DNA from: Octopus sinensis
Lineage: Eukaryota
Direction: 5' to 3'
Length of the DNA: 64,000 bases
NCBI RefSeq assembly: GCF_006345805.1
Contig: NC_043005.1
Coordinates: forward strand, 14,818,001-14,882,000
The translations under genes and the position numbers were made by a program. Positions 38,501 through 63,805 of the stretch are shown piece by piece; position 1 is the first letter of the stretch, and the number at the start of each line of letters is the position of its first letter. The notes beneath the pieces are model-generated. The model was not told the origin of the DNA. It was given only the letters and a program-made list of their open reading frames with translations, and did no database searches.

Positions 38501-40775
38501 AATTGTTTGAGAGCGTCTCTGTAAATGTCTTAAAATATTTAGTTATGCTACTCTAGGCGCAGGAGTGGCTGTGTGGTAAGTAGCTTGCTAACCAACCATA
38601 TGGTTCCGGGTTCAGTCCCACTGCGTGGCATCTTGGGCAAGTGTCTTCCGCTATAGCCCCGGGCCGACCAATGCCTTGTGAGTGGATTTGGTAGACGGAA
38701 ACTGAAAGAAGCCTGTCGTATATATGTATATATATGTATGTGTCTCTGTGTTTGCTTGACAACCGATGCTGATGTGTTTACGTCCCCGTTACTTAGCAGT
38801 TCGGCAAAAGAGACCGATAGAATAAGTACTAGGCTTACAAAGAATATGTCCCGGGATCGAATTGCTTGACTAAAGGCGGTGCTCCAGCATGGCCGCATTC
38901 AGATGACAAACAAGTAAAAGAGAGTAAGAGTACATTGAGACTAAATCCTCTTGGGGTCAACTTTGCCCTTCGTCCCCCTTAGGTCAGTAAAAGAGTACCA
39001 GTCAAATACTGAGGTATATTGTATTAACTAATCCCACTCAGATTTTAAACCTTGGGCTTAGGCTAGCAACTATTATTAGGGACAGACGGAATGTCTTGCA
39101 ATATTTGGTTGGCATTCTTTGTGTTGTATGTCTGAATCCCTGCTAGGATAAATTTTTCCTTTTATCTTCTCTTGGTTAGCCCAAAAAGTTCTGGGATGGA
39201 GGAAGGATTCTGTTTCACCACAATTGGTCCTTGTCCTTTGAAACAAAAACAAATTGTTTAGCTTTATGACTGTAAAAATCTTATTCAATAATACATTACA
39301 CTTGTATCCTTTTATACTTGATTAGTTCTGATTAGTTCCATTGTAGGATTTGAACTCAGCACAACATGCTGTTAATTAGGCGTAATATGCCTACTACAGG
39401 GGATGTTTCCAGTTACTTTTGGGTACCCCCTCGTAGAAGTTGCTTTTACTTTTGAAGGATTAAGTTCAAGGAGTAGGGTAGTGGACAACTGAGAGATTAG
39501 TGGTTTGTATTCATGGCTTTCTACAATTAACTCAGGCTGCTTACCTACTCTTTTACTTGTTTCAGTCATTTGACTGTAGCCATACTGGAGTACCACCTTT
39601 AGTCGAGCAAATCAACTCCAGGACTTATTCTTTGTAAGCCTAGTACTAATTCTATCGGTCTCTTTTGCCGAACTGCTAAGTTACGGGGACGTAAACAGAC
39701 ACAGACATATACACATAGATACGACTGGCTTCTTTCAGCTATAGAAGACACTTGCCCAAAGTGCCACGCAGTGGAACTGAACCTGGAACCTTGTGGTTGG
39801 TAAGCAAGCTACTTACCACACAGCCACTACTACGCCTATATATATATAGTACCACCTTTAACCCTTTCATTACCAACCCGGCTGAAACCAGCTCTGGCTC
39901 TGAGTATAAATGTCTTGTTTTCATAAGTTTTGAATTAAAATCTTCCACCAAACCTTAGTCACAATTTATGTTCCTAACACTAACTGAATGGTAACTAAGT
40001 TATTTTACTAAATTCTTTGTTATATTTGAAGTAATTGAAAGAAACACAGAGCATCTCAAAATAAATATAGTAACAAAAGGGTTAAGTAACACTTCACGAG
40101 TGATTGCTTAAATTTTAAAATTTTATTTGGAGTGAAAGAGTGCTTAGTTTTATTCCTCCTATATCAGAGGTTACTCCTCAGTTGATTGGCAGTTTATATC
40201 CCTCATCTGTTTTACATTATGAAAACTGGAGATAAGTACAAAGCCCTGTAGATTATTTGTACTAAGGGTTATATTCTCTCACTTATTTTAGACTTTGAGA
40301 ACATTTCAAAAATATTAAGTTCATAATTTTCTGGATTAATTAATCTCATCTTTAGTGTATATATTTATGCCTATGCTTTATTTTTGATTTTTATCAGGGG
40401 TCCTATTCTCAAATATCTACAGCTAAGGAAACCTTTGTTTTTTTTTTTTGATCCATCATTTGGCCTACTGGAGATAGATATAGATATTATTGCATTCATT
40501 TCAGAAATAAAGGTGCTTAGTGTGAGAATTCAGTCAGTATGCATGTACATATCTAGGAATATGTTGATTGGAGATTGAAACATAAATAATTTTTCCAGAA
40601 TTAACCTTAAGTTAAGGTTAATTCTGGAAAATTACAATCTTCTATTAGTATTCCATATCCGTCAACTCAAACAATTTTTTGAACTTTCTATATTGGTTTC
40701 ATTAATATTTCCTGTTTACTGAATGGGTTGATATTCTTGGGATTTCAAAATGTTCGTTTGCAAAGTATACATATT

Positions 40776-40821
<46 letters not shown>

Positions 40822-41209
40822 AAAAAATTAAATTAAATTAGAGAGAAAACTTATATTATATTTAACTTTTTTATACTTTTTGGTTAGTTAAAAAAAAAAG
40901 CTTAAAGTTTATAAATATAAATTTTAATAATTTAAATTTTATATATTATATATATATTTTTTTTTAATGTTTTGGTTTACGTCTATCACTGTTTGAGTTG
41001 CCTAATAGTGGTTTTATCTCTAATTTAATTTATATTTATACTGTGAAATTTGATTTAATCCTAAATCTAATTTTTTCCCTGTAAGTTTGGATATACTCCC
41101 TAATATTATTATTATATATATATTTATTTTATTTTTCTGTTGCAGAGAAATTGCAAATAGTTTACGTTCTCTCTCTTCAAATAAAGACAGTTGTGTAAAT
41201 GGGCATTAG
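138..41209 (+). CDS. USP37: USP37-like ubiquitin carboxyl-terminal hydrolase (USP26/29/37 family), 5'-partial; join(138-269,3553-3679,18297-18487,20385-20450,20618-20737,21513-21671,22743-22814,24577-24715,25933-25998,26998-27058,28836-29054,30314-30465,31659-31716,33288-33397,36115-36184,38171-38309,41146-41209)
   Basis: 17 exons with AG/GT boundaries and consistent phase (1945 nt, ending TAG). Contains Cys box LTNMGNTCYLNAILQSL, MQ|DAHE, RLPR|VLILHLKRY, two UIM-like helices and GNLPHSYQLVSVVAHIG..SGHY..WYSFDD..SGYIFFY, which closely matches the vertebrate USP37 C-terminus as recalled. The middle low-complexity exons rest mainly on splice and phase logic. Confidence 0.88.
307..742 (-). mobile_element. 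Non-autonomous Helitron-like element with a nested short retroposon tail
   Basis: Minus-strand 3' hairpin cccgagcaacgccggg plus CTAG|T end; homologous to 59263-59659. Confidence 0.75.
3553..3679 (+). CDS. USP37: USP37-like exon
   Basis: ttgcag|T ACC ATG ... ATG CAG|gtaag; LLGNVREAISTVGTHFLSNDMQ leads into DAHE of the next exon. Confidence 0.9.
3841..16467 (+). repeat. Tandem array of 112 units (111/114 bp) derived from the tRNA-like 5' head of a SINE
   Basis: Unit ggtgcaggagtggctgtgtggttagtagattgcttaccaacaacatggtcccgggttcagtcccactgtgtggcaccttgggcaagtgtcttc(tac)tatagcctcgggctgaca; matches the 5' ends of dispersed SINE copies at 34442, 38555 and 17313(-); units counted by hand. Confidence 0.97.
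16354..16715 (+). mobile_element. tRNA-derived SINE family A: last array unit plus intact body and tail
   Basis: The final unit continues gctgaccaaa..ggatttggtagacggaaactgaaagaa..caaatgactgaaacaagtaaaagag, as in the dispersed copies. Confidence 0.9.
16970..17313 (-). mobile_element. SINE family A, inverted copy
   Basis: Reverse complement of head and body (cttaccacacagccactcctgcgcc). Confidence 0.88.
18297..18487 (+). CDS. USP37: USP37-like exon (DAHE box)
   Basis: ttgtag|GAC GCT CAT GAA; DAHECLNQVLDCLKEE..NPTVQNFEFDINRSITCK; donor cg|gtaaa. Missed by the ORF track. Confidence 0.92.
19463..19868. mobile_element. MITE with 24-bp TIR ggatcttttcggtttgaacggcag
   Basis: Perfect TIRs; aagt on both flanks (candidate 4-bp TSD); second copy at 52320-52730. 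Confidence 0.88.
20385..20450 (+). CDS. USP37: USP37-like exon
   Basis: ttttag|A TGT GGT; CGVVVSKVEQCIDLSLDIP (completes CxxC, DLSLD motif); tg|gtgag. Confidence 0.9.
20618..20737 (+). CDS. USP37: USP37-like exon
   Basis: ttccag|C; SIQDALDLFFVKENVEYRCAKC..SRLP; ag|gtaag. Confidence 0.92.
20812..21159 (+). mobile_element. tRNA-derived SINE (family D) with 9-bp TSD
   Basis: A box tggcccagtgg, B box gctcgaatccc; direct repeat tacttaaca at 20803-20811 and 21160-21168. Confidence 0.85.
21513..21671 (+). CDS. USP37: USP37-like exon
   Basis: ttccag|A; VLILHLKRY..KVIQHISIPKYLTLSSHC; ag|gtaag. Confidence 0.92.
22743..22814 (+). CDS. USP37: USP37-like exon (insert region)
   Basis: ttgcag|C CCA CCG ... 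TCT GT|gtaagt; open frame, phase 2-2; no motif support. Confidence 0.65.
22850..23430 (-). mobile_element. Degenerate SINE family A interrupted by a foldback insert
   Basis: Tail at about 22855, head at about 23340-23430. Confidence 0.65.
23094..23252. repeat. Imperfect inverted repeat (arms of about 55 bp)
   Basis: gaaataacctc..caatatccacaccat / atggtgtggatattg..gaggttatttc. Confidence 0.8.
23670..23968 (+). mobile_element. Non-autonomous retroposon family B with (GAT)n tail
   Basis: gagtggttggcgttaggaagggcatccag..ccatgctagcatggaaag..gatgatgat; further copies at about 28417-28665, 32715-32922, 35743-36056, 44231-44462(-), 51572-51827(-), 22016-22123(-), 795-856. Confidence 0.85.
24577..24715 (+). 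CDS. USP37: USP37-like exon (insert region)
   Basis: tttcag|T AAT TCA ... AAT AAA|gtaac; phase 2-0. Confidence 0.7.
25024..25260. repeat. Long near-perfect inverted repeat, 113-bp arms, 11-nt loop
   Basis: Arms 25024-25136 and 25148-25260, three mismatches by eye. Confidence 0.93.
25933..25998 (+). CDS. USP37: USP37-like exon (insert region)
   Basis: ttctag|GAA TCA ... AAA TTG|gtaagt; phase 0-0. Confidence 0.68.
26998..27058 (+). CDS. USP37: USP37-like exon (insert region)
   Basis: tttcag|TTA CCA ... AAT G|gtaagt; phase 0-1. Confidence 0.7.
28836..29054 (+). CDS. USP37: USP37-like exon with UIM 1
   Basis: tttcag|GT GTG; LSEEERMRLAIENSL fits the UIM consensus; t|gtaagt. Confidence 0.85.
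30314..30465 (+). CDS. USP37: USP37-like exon
   Basis: taaag|GT TAT GAT; YDAENKENQ..; GAG|gtaga; phase 1-0. Confidence 0.75.
30930..31150 (-). mobile_element. SINE family C (Meta-domain-like core)
   Basis: Core gcctttcatcctttcgggg..aagtaccag; near-identical to 50758-50985. Confidence 0.85.
31659..31716 (+). CDS. USP37: USP37-like exon with UIM 2
   Basis: ctttag|ATT; QEEEDLKKAKAMSL; g|gtgagt. Confidence 0.85.
32350..32455. repeat. Inverted repeat, perfect arms of about 41 bp
   Basis: gtatttaggaatggtcatgttgccagtttagccaataaaaa and its reverse complement. Confidence 0.9.
33288..33397 (+). CDS. USP37: USP37-like exon
   Basis: tcctag|AT TTA; ..SKEEIEILKTNAV|gtaat; phase 1-0. Confidence 0.8.
33578..33856 (-). 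mobile_element. tRNA-derived SINE with V-domain-like core
   Basis: Minus strand: tggcctagtgg..ggttcgaatc head; atggactggcgtcccgtccagg core. Confidence 0.8.
34442..34830 (+). mobile_element. SINE family A, near full length
   Basis: A-box-like tggctgtgtgg, B-box-like ggttcagtccc, internal TA/TG microsatellite, gaaacaagtaaaaagag tail. Confidence 0.9.
34838..35270 (-). pseudogene. Decayed Tc1/mariner-type transposase fragment
   Basis: MMWAAL..PNFFE, FQQDGALAH, RSLDLTTCDNSL*GYIK. Confidence 0.75.
35743..36056 (+). mobile_element. Retroposon family B
   Basis: Near-identical to 23670-23968, with internal gtgccggtggcacgtaaaa subrepeats. Confidence 0.85.
36115..36184 (+). CDS. USP37: USP37-like exon (His-box first half)
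   Basis: ttccag|GAA; EGNLPHSYQLVSVVAHIGNTSVS; g|gtaagt. Confidence 0.94.
37441..37480. repeat. Perfect hairpin, 19-bp arms, 2-nt spacer
   Basis: ttgtactcagcccagtgta-ga-tacactgggctgagtacaa. Confidence 0.9.
37507..37727. mobile_element. piggyBac-type MITE (TTAA TSD)
   Basis: TTAA|ccctttagtgtt ... aacactaaaggg|TTAA. Confidence 0.8.
38171..38309 (+). CDS. USP37: USP37-like exon (catalytic His/Asp)
   Basis: catcag|GA CAC TAT; GHYLSEVLD..WYSFDDKEV..DSGYIFFYLS; aa|gtaagt. Confidence 0.94.
38555..38930 (+). mobile_element. SINE family A, full length
   Basis: aggcgcaggagtggctgtgtggtaag.. through caagtaaaagagag. Confidence 0.9.
39544..39837 (-). mobile_element. SINE family A with internal deletions
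   Basis: Homologous head and tail on the minus strand. Confidence 0.82.
39862..40081. mobile_element. piggyBac-type MITE (TTAA TSD), second family
   Basis: TTAA|ccctttcattac ... gtaacaaaaggg|TTAA; decayed relative near 1570-1722. Confidence 0.75.
40591..40631. repeat. Perfect palindrome, 20-bp arms, 1-nt spacer
   Basis: ttttccagaattaaccttaa-g-ttaaggttaattctggaaaa. Confidence 0.9.
41146..41209 (+). CDS. USP37: USP37-like terminal coding exon
   Basis: ttgcag|A GAA ATT ... CAT TAG; (K)EIANSL follows YIFFYLS. Confidence 0.8.
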
Positions 41210-41614
41210 GGCATTAAGATGCCACAAGCATTACATCAAAGGGTCAAGAAGAGAACTTAACAGAGCAAAGGAAAAGAAGAAAAAGAGCATACAGAACAAA
41301 TATATCATTCCCCACCTCCCAAAACAGCACCAACTCACGGCTATAAAAGTACACAGAGGATAAATATAGCTAAAAAGTTGGGGTGAGATGATATCCTTCA
41401 TTATGTTCTGTGTAGAGATCAAGTAATTCTTTACATATTTTAAAAAACTTTTATTGGTGAATAATTTCCCTATCAAACTCTTAAACGATTGACTGAAAAA
41501 TTAGTCACTTTCTCTTTTTAAGATCCGAGTTAGTGAATGGATGAATTGAAATTTCTCTTTTGCCATTGTTGGAGCCATTATTCTCCTGTTAAACTAAAAG
41601 GAATATGATGAATG

Positions 41615-41648
<34 letters not shown>

Positions 41649-43345
41649 CATGATCTATAGAGACACACACACACATATATATATATATAATCAAGTGGTT
41701 TGAAGAATCCTTACTTGAATGTTGATGCAAAAGAAGAATCAATCTTATATTTAAAACATTTGTTGAATGCAAAAACAAAAAAAAAAAAGCACCAAGCAAG
41801 TTGTCAGTTTGTCCCTTAACCATATCTGTGAAGATTTTTTGCAGGTTGTTAAAGCTAATTTTGTTTTAGTTTATTTTTTTCTAAAAAAAAAAAAGCATAT
41901 AACAGGTCTCATAAAAATTAATCATGTCCATAGATTATTGAGAAATGTTCAGTGACATTCTTTATCAAAGATAATCTGTAAATTCAGGTTGTATTATGTT
42001 ATGTGAGAAAGATATCTACAAAGGATGTATGTTAATTATATTTTATGGTTGCATTTGAAAATATATTCTTTTCATTATTTAAAACAAAAGCAAAAAAAAG
42101 AAAGTGGAGCGAGCAGTATTAAATTTGCCAGTATTTTTTTCTTCATTGAAATTGTAACAATGTATAGGGCAATACAAAGTACCAGTAATATGCTGTAGGA
42201 CAATTCAATTGACTAAATTTCCCCACCTACAAGAGACAAAAGTTAGCCTTCTGCCTGGTATACACACAGTAGAAAAATTAGCCCACAGTAAACCAAGAGT
42301 AGTTTGATTTTTGTCAGTAGAAACCAGTTTGCTTTTGCTGCTAATGACATTTAGACCAACATGAACATAGAAGTTGTTGTTCTCTGGTCTTGTGCCTAAA
42401 TACACACTCATTTTACACATATCTTGTGGATCTCAATAATTGTATGTGCTACTTCAACAGTTGCCTTAAAACAAGTCTTTATGACTGAGTGTGGCCTTAT
42501 AGGGTCTTTACCTACCACCACTAAATCTAAACTCATACGTCCAAAGTCTTGGACACTGATGCCTTATTTTTTGGGATGCATTAAGTGCAGCATTTGTTAA
42601 CATCACAAAACAGTTGTGCTTCTATTTCTTTAAAAATATTTTCTCTCCTTCCTAATTTATATTACATCAAAATGTGAAAAGATATTGGGTTACAAATCCA
42701 TTTGTTTTGTTCATTCATACCGTCTTTTATTTGGACAGGGCAGTTAATTCTCCATTGTTTTTGTTCAATTAACTGTCTGTGTTTGTAGGGATAAATACAT
42801 TTCAATTTTTCTCTCAGCCTGTCCATATATGGTGTTTAACCTGAATTAAATATTTAGCATTTTCAAACCTTCAGAATTGATAAGTCATTGGAAATGTGAA
42901 ATGATAGGGAATAAGTTGTCTTAAAGAACGGCAGGAATAAAAATGGCAAATATTTGACTACTCCAATAGTTGGTAATGCTTAGTCTCACCATTCCATACA
43001 CTCTTGTTGTCCAGTGTTAAAAAAATTTGACCATTTTTATTTCTCATGTATTTAAGATTGTTTTTTTTATAGATGTACCTATCATTAAATATCTACAAAT
43101 TTGGCTTGTTACCAAGACTTTCACAAGCTACACTACACTTCAGGCTCTCTTAAAAATTCATTTTGATCAAGCAATATAGTTTCCAGTAGATTTGTACGAA
43201 ATTTAATTAAAATATTTTTGTTATATATACATATATATGACTTAACATATTTTATTTATAATTATATGAATTGTGTTGATTGGGTAAATTTGTTTCCTTT
43301 TCAATAAGCTTAAGTGATTTTGTTTGGTAATAAAGAAATAAAAAA
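41210..43345 (+). other. Putative USP37 3' UTR ending near tandem AATAAA signals (about 43329-43342)
   Basis: Repeat-poor AT-rich 2.1 kb after the stop; two AATAAA followed by GT/T-rich sequence; end point inferred. Confidence 0.4.
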
Positions 43346-43563
43346 GACACAAACACCATCGTATGGATATACTTGTTATTTAACCGTTTTGTTTATTAGG
43401 TGTGTGGAGGAGAAACAAATGACAGCCTTGAATGGATTGTTCTCATTATTGCCTTACTAGAAAAACTTCAATTTTCTGAAGAAAAATACAGTTGGAAATT
43501 TTATCCAAAATTTAATAAATTTTAAAAACAAGCTAAAATGTGTTGCTTTCTTTTGTTCTTTAA

Positions 43564-43918
43564 CTAGCAGTATCGCCCGTTGTTGCTCGGATTTGTAAGG
43601 GAAATAACTATAAAGCATTTTTAGAGTTATAGCCAAAAAATGGGGGGAAAAAATGATGGTAAATTTTTTTTTAGTTAAAAAGGTCGAGTTGCGTCCCCTA
43701 GACAGTCTGTGGTTTGTGTTTCTCGACCCCATGTCGAATTTATCGATTTTTTTCAGAACTGGGGGAACTTTTCAAAATTTTGGCTGCGTTAGTTTTGAAT
43801 TATGACATTGGGCTATGTGTGTGTCAAGTTTCATCAGAATCGGTTGAAAGCCGTGGTCAGGGTGAGGGTACAACCTAACAGACACACAGAGACAAACTGC
43901 CGTTTATATATAGAGAGA
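43564..43918 (-). mobile_element. Non-autonomous Helitron-like element
   Basis: A|TC start, subterminal hairpin, CTAG|T end, no TSD. Confidence 0.8.
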
Positions 43919-45417
43919 TTACTCATAATTCCTTAAGCACTTGCTGACTGCAGACGTTCAGCCTTACCAATGCAATGAAACCTCATAGCATATTTACTGT
44001 ATGGTGGTAGACTAGAAACAAAATCTAGCCTCATTAACATTTAATGCAATCAGTTACATATGTCTACCAAGTTACATTACATGAACATGTCTAGAAGCTG
44101 CACTGCTCAGTTTGGTAACACCAAACATATGGTGGTTTGATTCCCATTTAGTCATAAGTACCATAGTAAAAATACAGCCAATTTCTGTATAAAGAGACAT
44201 GTATTAAGTCTGACCAATACTATACTTTAAATCATCATCATCATTTAGTGTCTGCTTTCCATGTTGGCATGGGTTGGACACTTCAACTGGGGTCTGGGAA
44301 GCCAGAAGGCTGCACCAGGCCCAGTCTGATCAGGCAATGTTTCTGCGGCTGGATGGCCTTCCTAACGCCAACCACTCCATGAGTGTAGTGGGTGCTTTTT
44401 ATGTGCCAGACAAGGCTGGCAAACAGCCACGATCGGATGTTGCTTTTTACGTGCCACCGGCAATGCAGTCATATATAAGGATCTACCCTAAGTTCAATCT
44501 TGTTCATAGATTGAACACACTGAAAGTACATAATCTGTTGTCAACAATCTCTTGATTGATAAGGCACTCTACTAGATTGGGTATGTACAATTATGGAAGG
44601 AATGGGGCAGGGCTTGTATAATTGAGAAATGTTTGTGCTGAATTCAAACAATTTTTATCTGAAAATTGTTTTTTAACCTTAAAAGTGCTCCAGCTATGAC
44701 CTCATTTCAACCCCACACAAAACTACATACATTATCCTTCCTTTCTTTCATGATGGTATAAGGGAGATATGGCAGCTATATCTAGCTGGTCGGTGACTAT
44801 GTAGAGGCTTCTTTGTTGATTCCAGAAGTCTCTTGTATTGTTATTTGAGGCACATTCCAACATTAGTCACTACCATTGGTTTAGTAGGAGATTCAGTCAC
44901 TTAATCCTCTTCGTGGTTGAATGCTAACAACCTGTTGGATTTAAACCATTTTGCAGTTGAATGGTTATTCCTCTGCCACTTTGGAGTTGAACACACACTA
45001 AGAAACGGGCAGGTGATAAACACTTTTTTTTCTCTTTTCAAACATATCCATTATTAATTTAATGATTATCTTTTGTTCCACAAATCCAAGATTTTCCCAT
45101 TGTGGCAAGTGTATTCATAGTACTTACCTATCTAAATATCTCTCTATTTCACCATTCCATAGCCTGATGCAAATTGTGATAATCCAAGATCCTGGTCATA
45201 TTCATTCATTTGTTGGTTTAACATCTGTTTTTTTTTCCATGCTAGCATGGGTTAGATGGAGAAGAGTGTAGGATTTTTATGGCTAGATGTTCTTGTTGCT
45301 AACCCTTGTCTGTCTTTCAAGTAAAACTTGCAGATAGTTTGTTGTCACCATTTGCAGTATTGTACTGTAAAATTGACAGTAATATGATTGCAGAAGTGGG
45401 TAATCAAAGAAGCAGCT

Positions 45418-60103
<14,686 letters not shown>

Positions 60104-60399
60104 TGAAAACTTTTGAAGAAATTTGAAGGAAGAATTCGAAGAGTTTTAGGAACGTCGCTTAGTACAACACGAACATAAACAACAATGAAAATCACTTTTA
60201 TATATATACGAATTTTAATATTGCTTTTTCTTCTTATAAAGATATTTTGCGTGAAGAAAAAGAAAAGTAATTCACAAAATGATTAACTAAAAAATATATT
60301 TGTAATTACATTATTGTATCGAGTAACATTTTGATACAAGCAAATGAAAAAGAAAAGAAAGCCTGTTCAGTGATGTTGTTAAGCGGCCACACAAGCAGG
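60104..60399. promoter_or_regulatory. Probable bidirectional promoter and 5' UTRs shared by METTL23 and SIRT7
   Basis: Divergent start codons separated by 296 bp; repeat-free, with several CpGs retained. Confidence 0.7.
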
Positions 60400-60519
60400 A
60401 TGGCGTCGACCGAGTATCAAAATTTAGATCCTCTGATGTTCTCTCGGCGTCAGAAACGGAAATCGGATTCCCTCGATCAAATGATAATGCTGCAGGAATC
60501 ACGAAAGAGAGTATTTCAG
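60400..60519 (+). CDS. SIRT7: NAD-dependent deacetylase sirtuin-7, exon 1 (alternative in-frame ATG at 60373)
   Basis: aggATGG start context; MASTEYQ..FSRRQKRK..QESRKRVFQ|gtaga; phase 0 into exon 2. Confidence 0.72.
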
Positions 60520-60791
60520 GTAGAAAATCAAAAACATATTCTTCACCGAACACTTTTCATTTCACTTAACAATGTATAATTATGAAGAAGTGTGATTGCT
60601 TTACAAAGTGAAATCAACTTTGTTGTTTTTGTTTTTACAATACAAATCGCTTCGAAGTAGTCTCTCTGTTCAATGTTTTGCTTTGAAAATCTTTATTCTC
60701 TAAAAAGTCCTGTAGTGAAAAATTTATTCTATGTACAGTATTATAAAAGAGATATTGTACGATAAATAGCTCTCGGTAAATTGATAAATAA

Positions 60792-60931
60792 AAATTCCGC
60801 CGAGGTCGACTTTACCTTTCATCCTTTCGGGGGTCGATAAATTAAGTACCAGTTACGCACTGGGGTCGATGTAATCGACTTAATACCTATGTCTGTCCTT
60901 GTTTGTCCCCTCTGTGGGTAATAAAGAAATA
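60792..60931 (+). mobile_element. 5'-truncated SINE family C with perfect 17-bp TSD in SIRT7 intron 1
   Basis: ggtaaattgataaataa at 60775-60791 and 60932-60948. Confidence 0.9.
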
Positions 60932-62319
60932 GGTAAATTGATAAATAATTATTCGTTGTATAATTGTTAAATCATCCTCAGTTTGCGTTGCGGACAGGAT
61001 GACATAGTACCAGTAATATACAGAGAATCGATTCACTCAGATAACCTTCTCTGCTTGAATATCTAACGTACATAAGTTTGAAATGAACACGTATGCGTGT
61101 GTGACTGCTTTTACACGTGTTAAATGCCATGCCGTGTTCTTATTAGCTCAGAAACCTGATCTTGATGAAAAATAATTACCTTAAAGGTATACAAAGACAC
61201 TCCCACTCTAAATATTGGCCTTGAGGTTAATTCCAAGAAATTTGCGTTTAATTATTTTTCTTGAGTAATTATAATAACGATATCTTTCTTAAACACTTGA
61301 CTACATGTTTTGGGGGAACGGACGCATCCAATTACATCGATCCAAGCACTTCACAAGAGTTAATTATTAGCCCTGGAAAGACGAGATATAAAGTCGACTT
61401 CAGCGAAATTTGAACGCAGTACGTGGCCATATACAAATGCAGTTAGTCCGTCGCTCTACTGATTCTGCAGTCAATCGTCATAGTTAATATATAATAACTG
61501 AATTTTTAATTACATCCTCAGGGTTCCCAAATCTAAATATAGCCATCTCTCTCTCACCCCCCCCCCCCACCGCCCAATAAAGTTGACCTTTTCTTGTTTC
61601 ATACAAATCCGTTGTAGTGATGCTTACTGATTTCCCTAATAGTCGAATTTGTTATGAATAAAGGGAGCTAGACTCTCACAAAGAACTCTTCCCTTCCTCT
61701 TAAGTGACGGCTAAGATGCGAGAACTGCATTCTTTATTTGGTCATTCATTCAACATGCAACAATCAAATCCTCATCGAATTACATTCTACTATCTTAGAG
61801 AGAAAAAAAAAAGATAGACGGAATGATTACGGCTAGAACGCATTTGATTATTTATAGATCTGTCTGTTTGGTCAGAGTTACCTTGTAGACAACCGAAGGT
61901 CCAACAATCATTGTTTATTTTGTGAAGAACTGTCAATAGAACAAGGGGAAGTAACTTCTATTTATATCTCGTTTTATCCATAAATATAACACTGAGAACA
62001 TGACTCTCTGTCTGTGTGTGTCTGTATTGAGTACATCCCTAACACTCTAGAACTACCCAACCGATTTCATTCAAATTTTAAGCATGGACTACTTAGGGTC
62101 CATTGAGTTTCATGAATCCCAAAAATTTTCAACATCTTGCCTAATGCGAGCTCGGAGCAATCCCTTAGATGGTTGCGGTATTACGTGTCAAAAGTGAAAC
62201 TATAACATGTCTGTTGTTATGTAAACATAATAGTTTCACTATTAAAAGTATAACTATTGTTTCATTACATATATATACAAGCATATATATATATATATAT
62301 ATGATATAAAAAATAAATG

Positions 62320-62565
62320 AGCCCTTTTAAAGCCTAGCAAGTCTCATGGGCCCGGTTTCCCGGTTTCAATGGCGTATGTGTTCCCCAGCTGGACGGGACG
62401 CCAGTCCATCACAGCATTACTCATTTTTGCCAGCTGAGTGGACTGGTGCAACGTGAAATGAAGAGTTTTACTCAAGAACACAACGCGTCGCCCGGTCCAG
62501 GAATCGAAACCACAATCTTACGATCATGAGGCTGACACTCTAACCACTAAGCGACGCGCTTCCAC
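62320..62565 (-). mobile_element. tRNA-derived SINE with V-domain-like core (family E)
   Basis: Minus strand: gcttagtgg..gtttcgattcc head and gatggactggcgtcccgtccag core; related copies at about 33578-33855(-) and 1940-2140(-). Confidence 0.8.
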
Positions 62566-62712
62566 ACACACACACGTATATATATTTATATACACACACA
62601 CACGACAAGAATTAATATTTATCTCTTTTTATGGAAACGATAGGCTATATTGCACAGCAAAAAAGAAGTGGTCAAATGTAAATGAGATAAAGATATGGAT
62701 ATATATATATAA

Positions 62713-62751
<39 letters not shown>

Positions 62752-62799
62752 TATATATATGTGTGTGTGTATGTGTATATATATATGTGTGTGTATGTG

Positions 62800-62846
<47 letters not shown>

Positions 62847-63472
62847 TAGCATCACAGTCCCAGCCACACCACCAGTACTCCAATGTGAGTCACATGTTTG
62901 GAATTGCACTGCTACTACACACACATGTAAGTCACATTTCAGTTTTGCAGTCTGTAACTAACTAGGATCAAAGTTTTCTGGCCCTTCTGAAGGTGACGTC
63001 TTGTTTTTGCGATGTAGTTTTATGAATATGGTTGTTACTGTTTAGCTCTTGGCCAACTTTAATAGAGGCAATCCATTTGTGACCATTCTTTTTTTCTATA
63101 GATATACCTTAGATTACATTATCTAATGCATCACTTCCTTATTTTTGTATTTACTGAATTCAATCATTGGTCTGTGGCTATACTGGAGCATCACTTTTAA
63201 GGCTTTTCCTTTTTAGTTGACTATTTTGACCTCAGTCTAATACTTATTGACATTGATGGAAGACAAAAGATGATGTCAACTCAATGTAAGGGAGCCAATA
63301 TAGCCAAACCATTTTTGTTTAATGTACCAGTTTTTCAATATTAAATGTTAATCCAATTATGCAAATACATATACATGGACTTATGTATGCTCTACAGCCA
63401 GAAAGAAGTCCTGATATATGCCAGAAATGCTACCTGTCTTTCACTAAGTCATGTAAAAAAAGGATTAAAAAA

Positions 63473-63617
63473 AGTACAGTTTATCTTGATTTAGTTGGGT
63501 TTTTCCTATGCACGAAGGATTAAGAATCTATAGAATTTGTTCTTAAAAATAGTACAGTTTATCTTGATTTAGGAGGGTTTTTCCTATGCATGAAGGATTA
63601 AGAATCTATAGAATTTT
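63473..63617 (+). repeat. Direct tandem duplication, 79-bp period
   Basis: agtacagtttatcttgatttag..gaaggattaagaatctatagaattt occurs twice. Confidence 0.85.
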
Positions 63618-63667
63618 TTCATTTGTACTATGCATTATTAATACATTTCTTTCTTTTTTCTTCAAAG

Positions 63668-63805
63668 ATCAACAAAATCTTAAAGAAGCCTGAACAAGAA
63701 AGAAGTGCTGAGGAGTCTGTAATTCTTGAAACAAATCCAGATCTTGTTAAAAAAGCTGTAGAAAGAGCAAAAATTCGATGTAAATTAAAAAGACGAGCAT
63801 TAGAG
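63668..63805 (+). CDS. SIRT7: Sirtuin-7 exon 2 (N-terminal helical domain); gene continues beyond the window
   Basis: caaag|ATC; INKILKKPEQERSAEESVILETNPDLV..KLKRRALE|gtaac aligns without gaps to recalled human SIRT7 VSRILRKAAAERSAEEGRLLAESADLV..GLKRRQEE; the catalytic domain is outside the window. Confidence 0.82.

Noticed and set aside
60311-60553. Minus-strand 80-aa ORF as a METTL23 upstream exon
   Set aside because: It is the antisense shadow of SIRT7 exon 1; METTL23 already has an in-phase ATG exon at 60020-60103.
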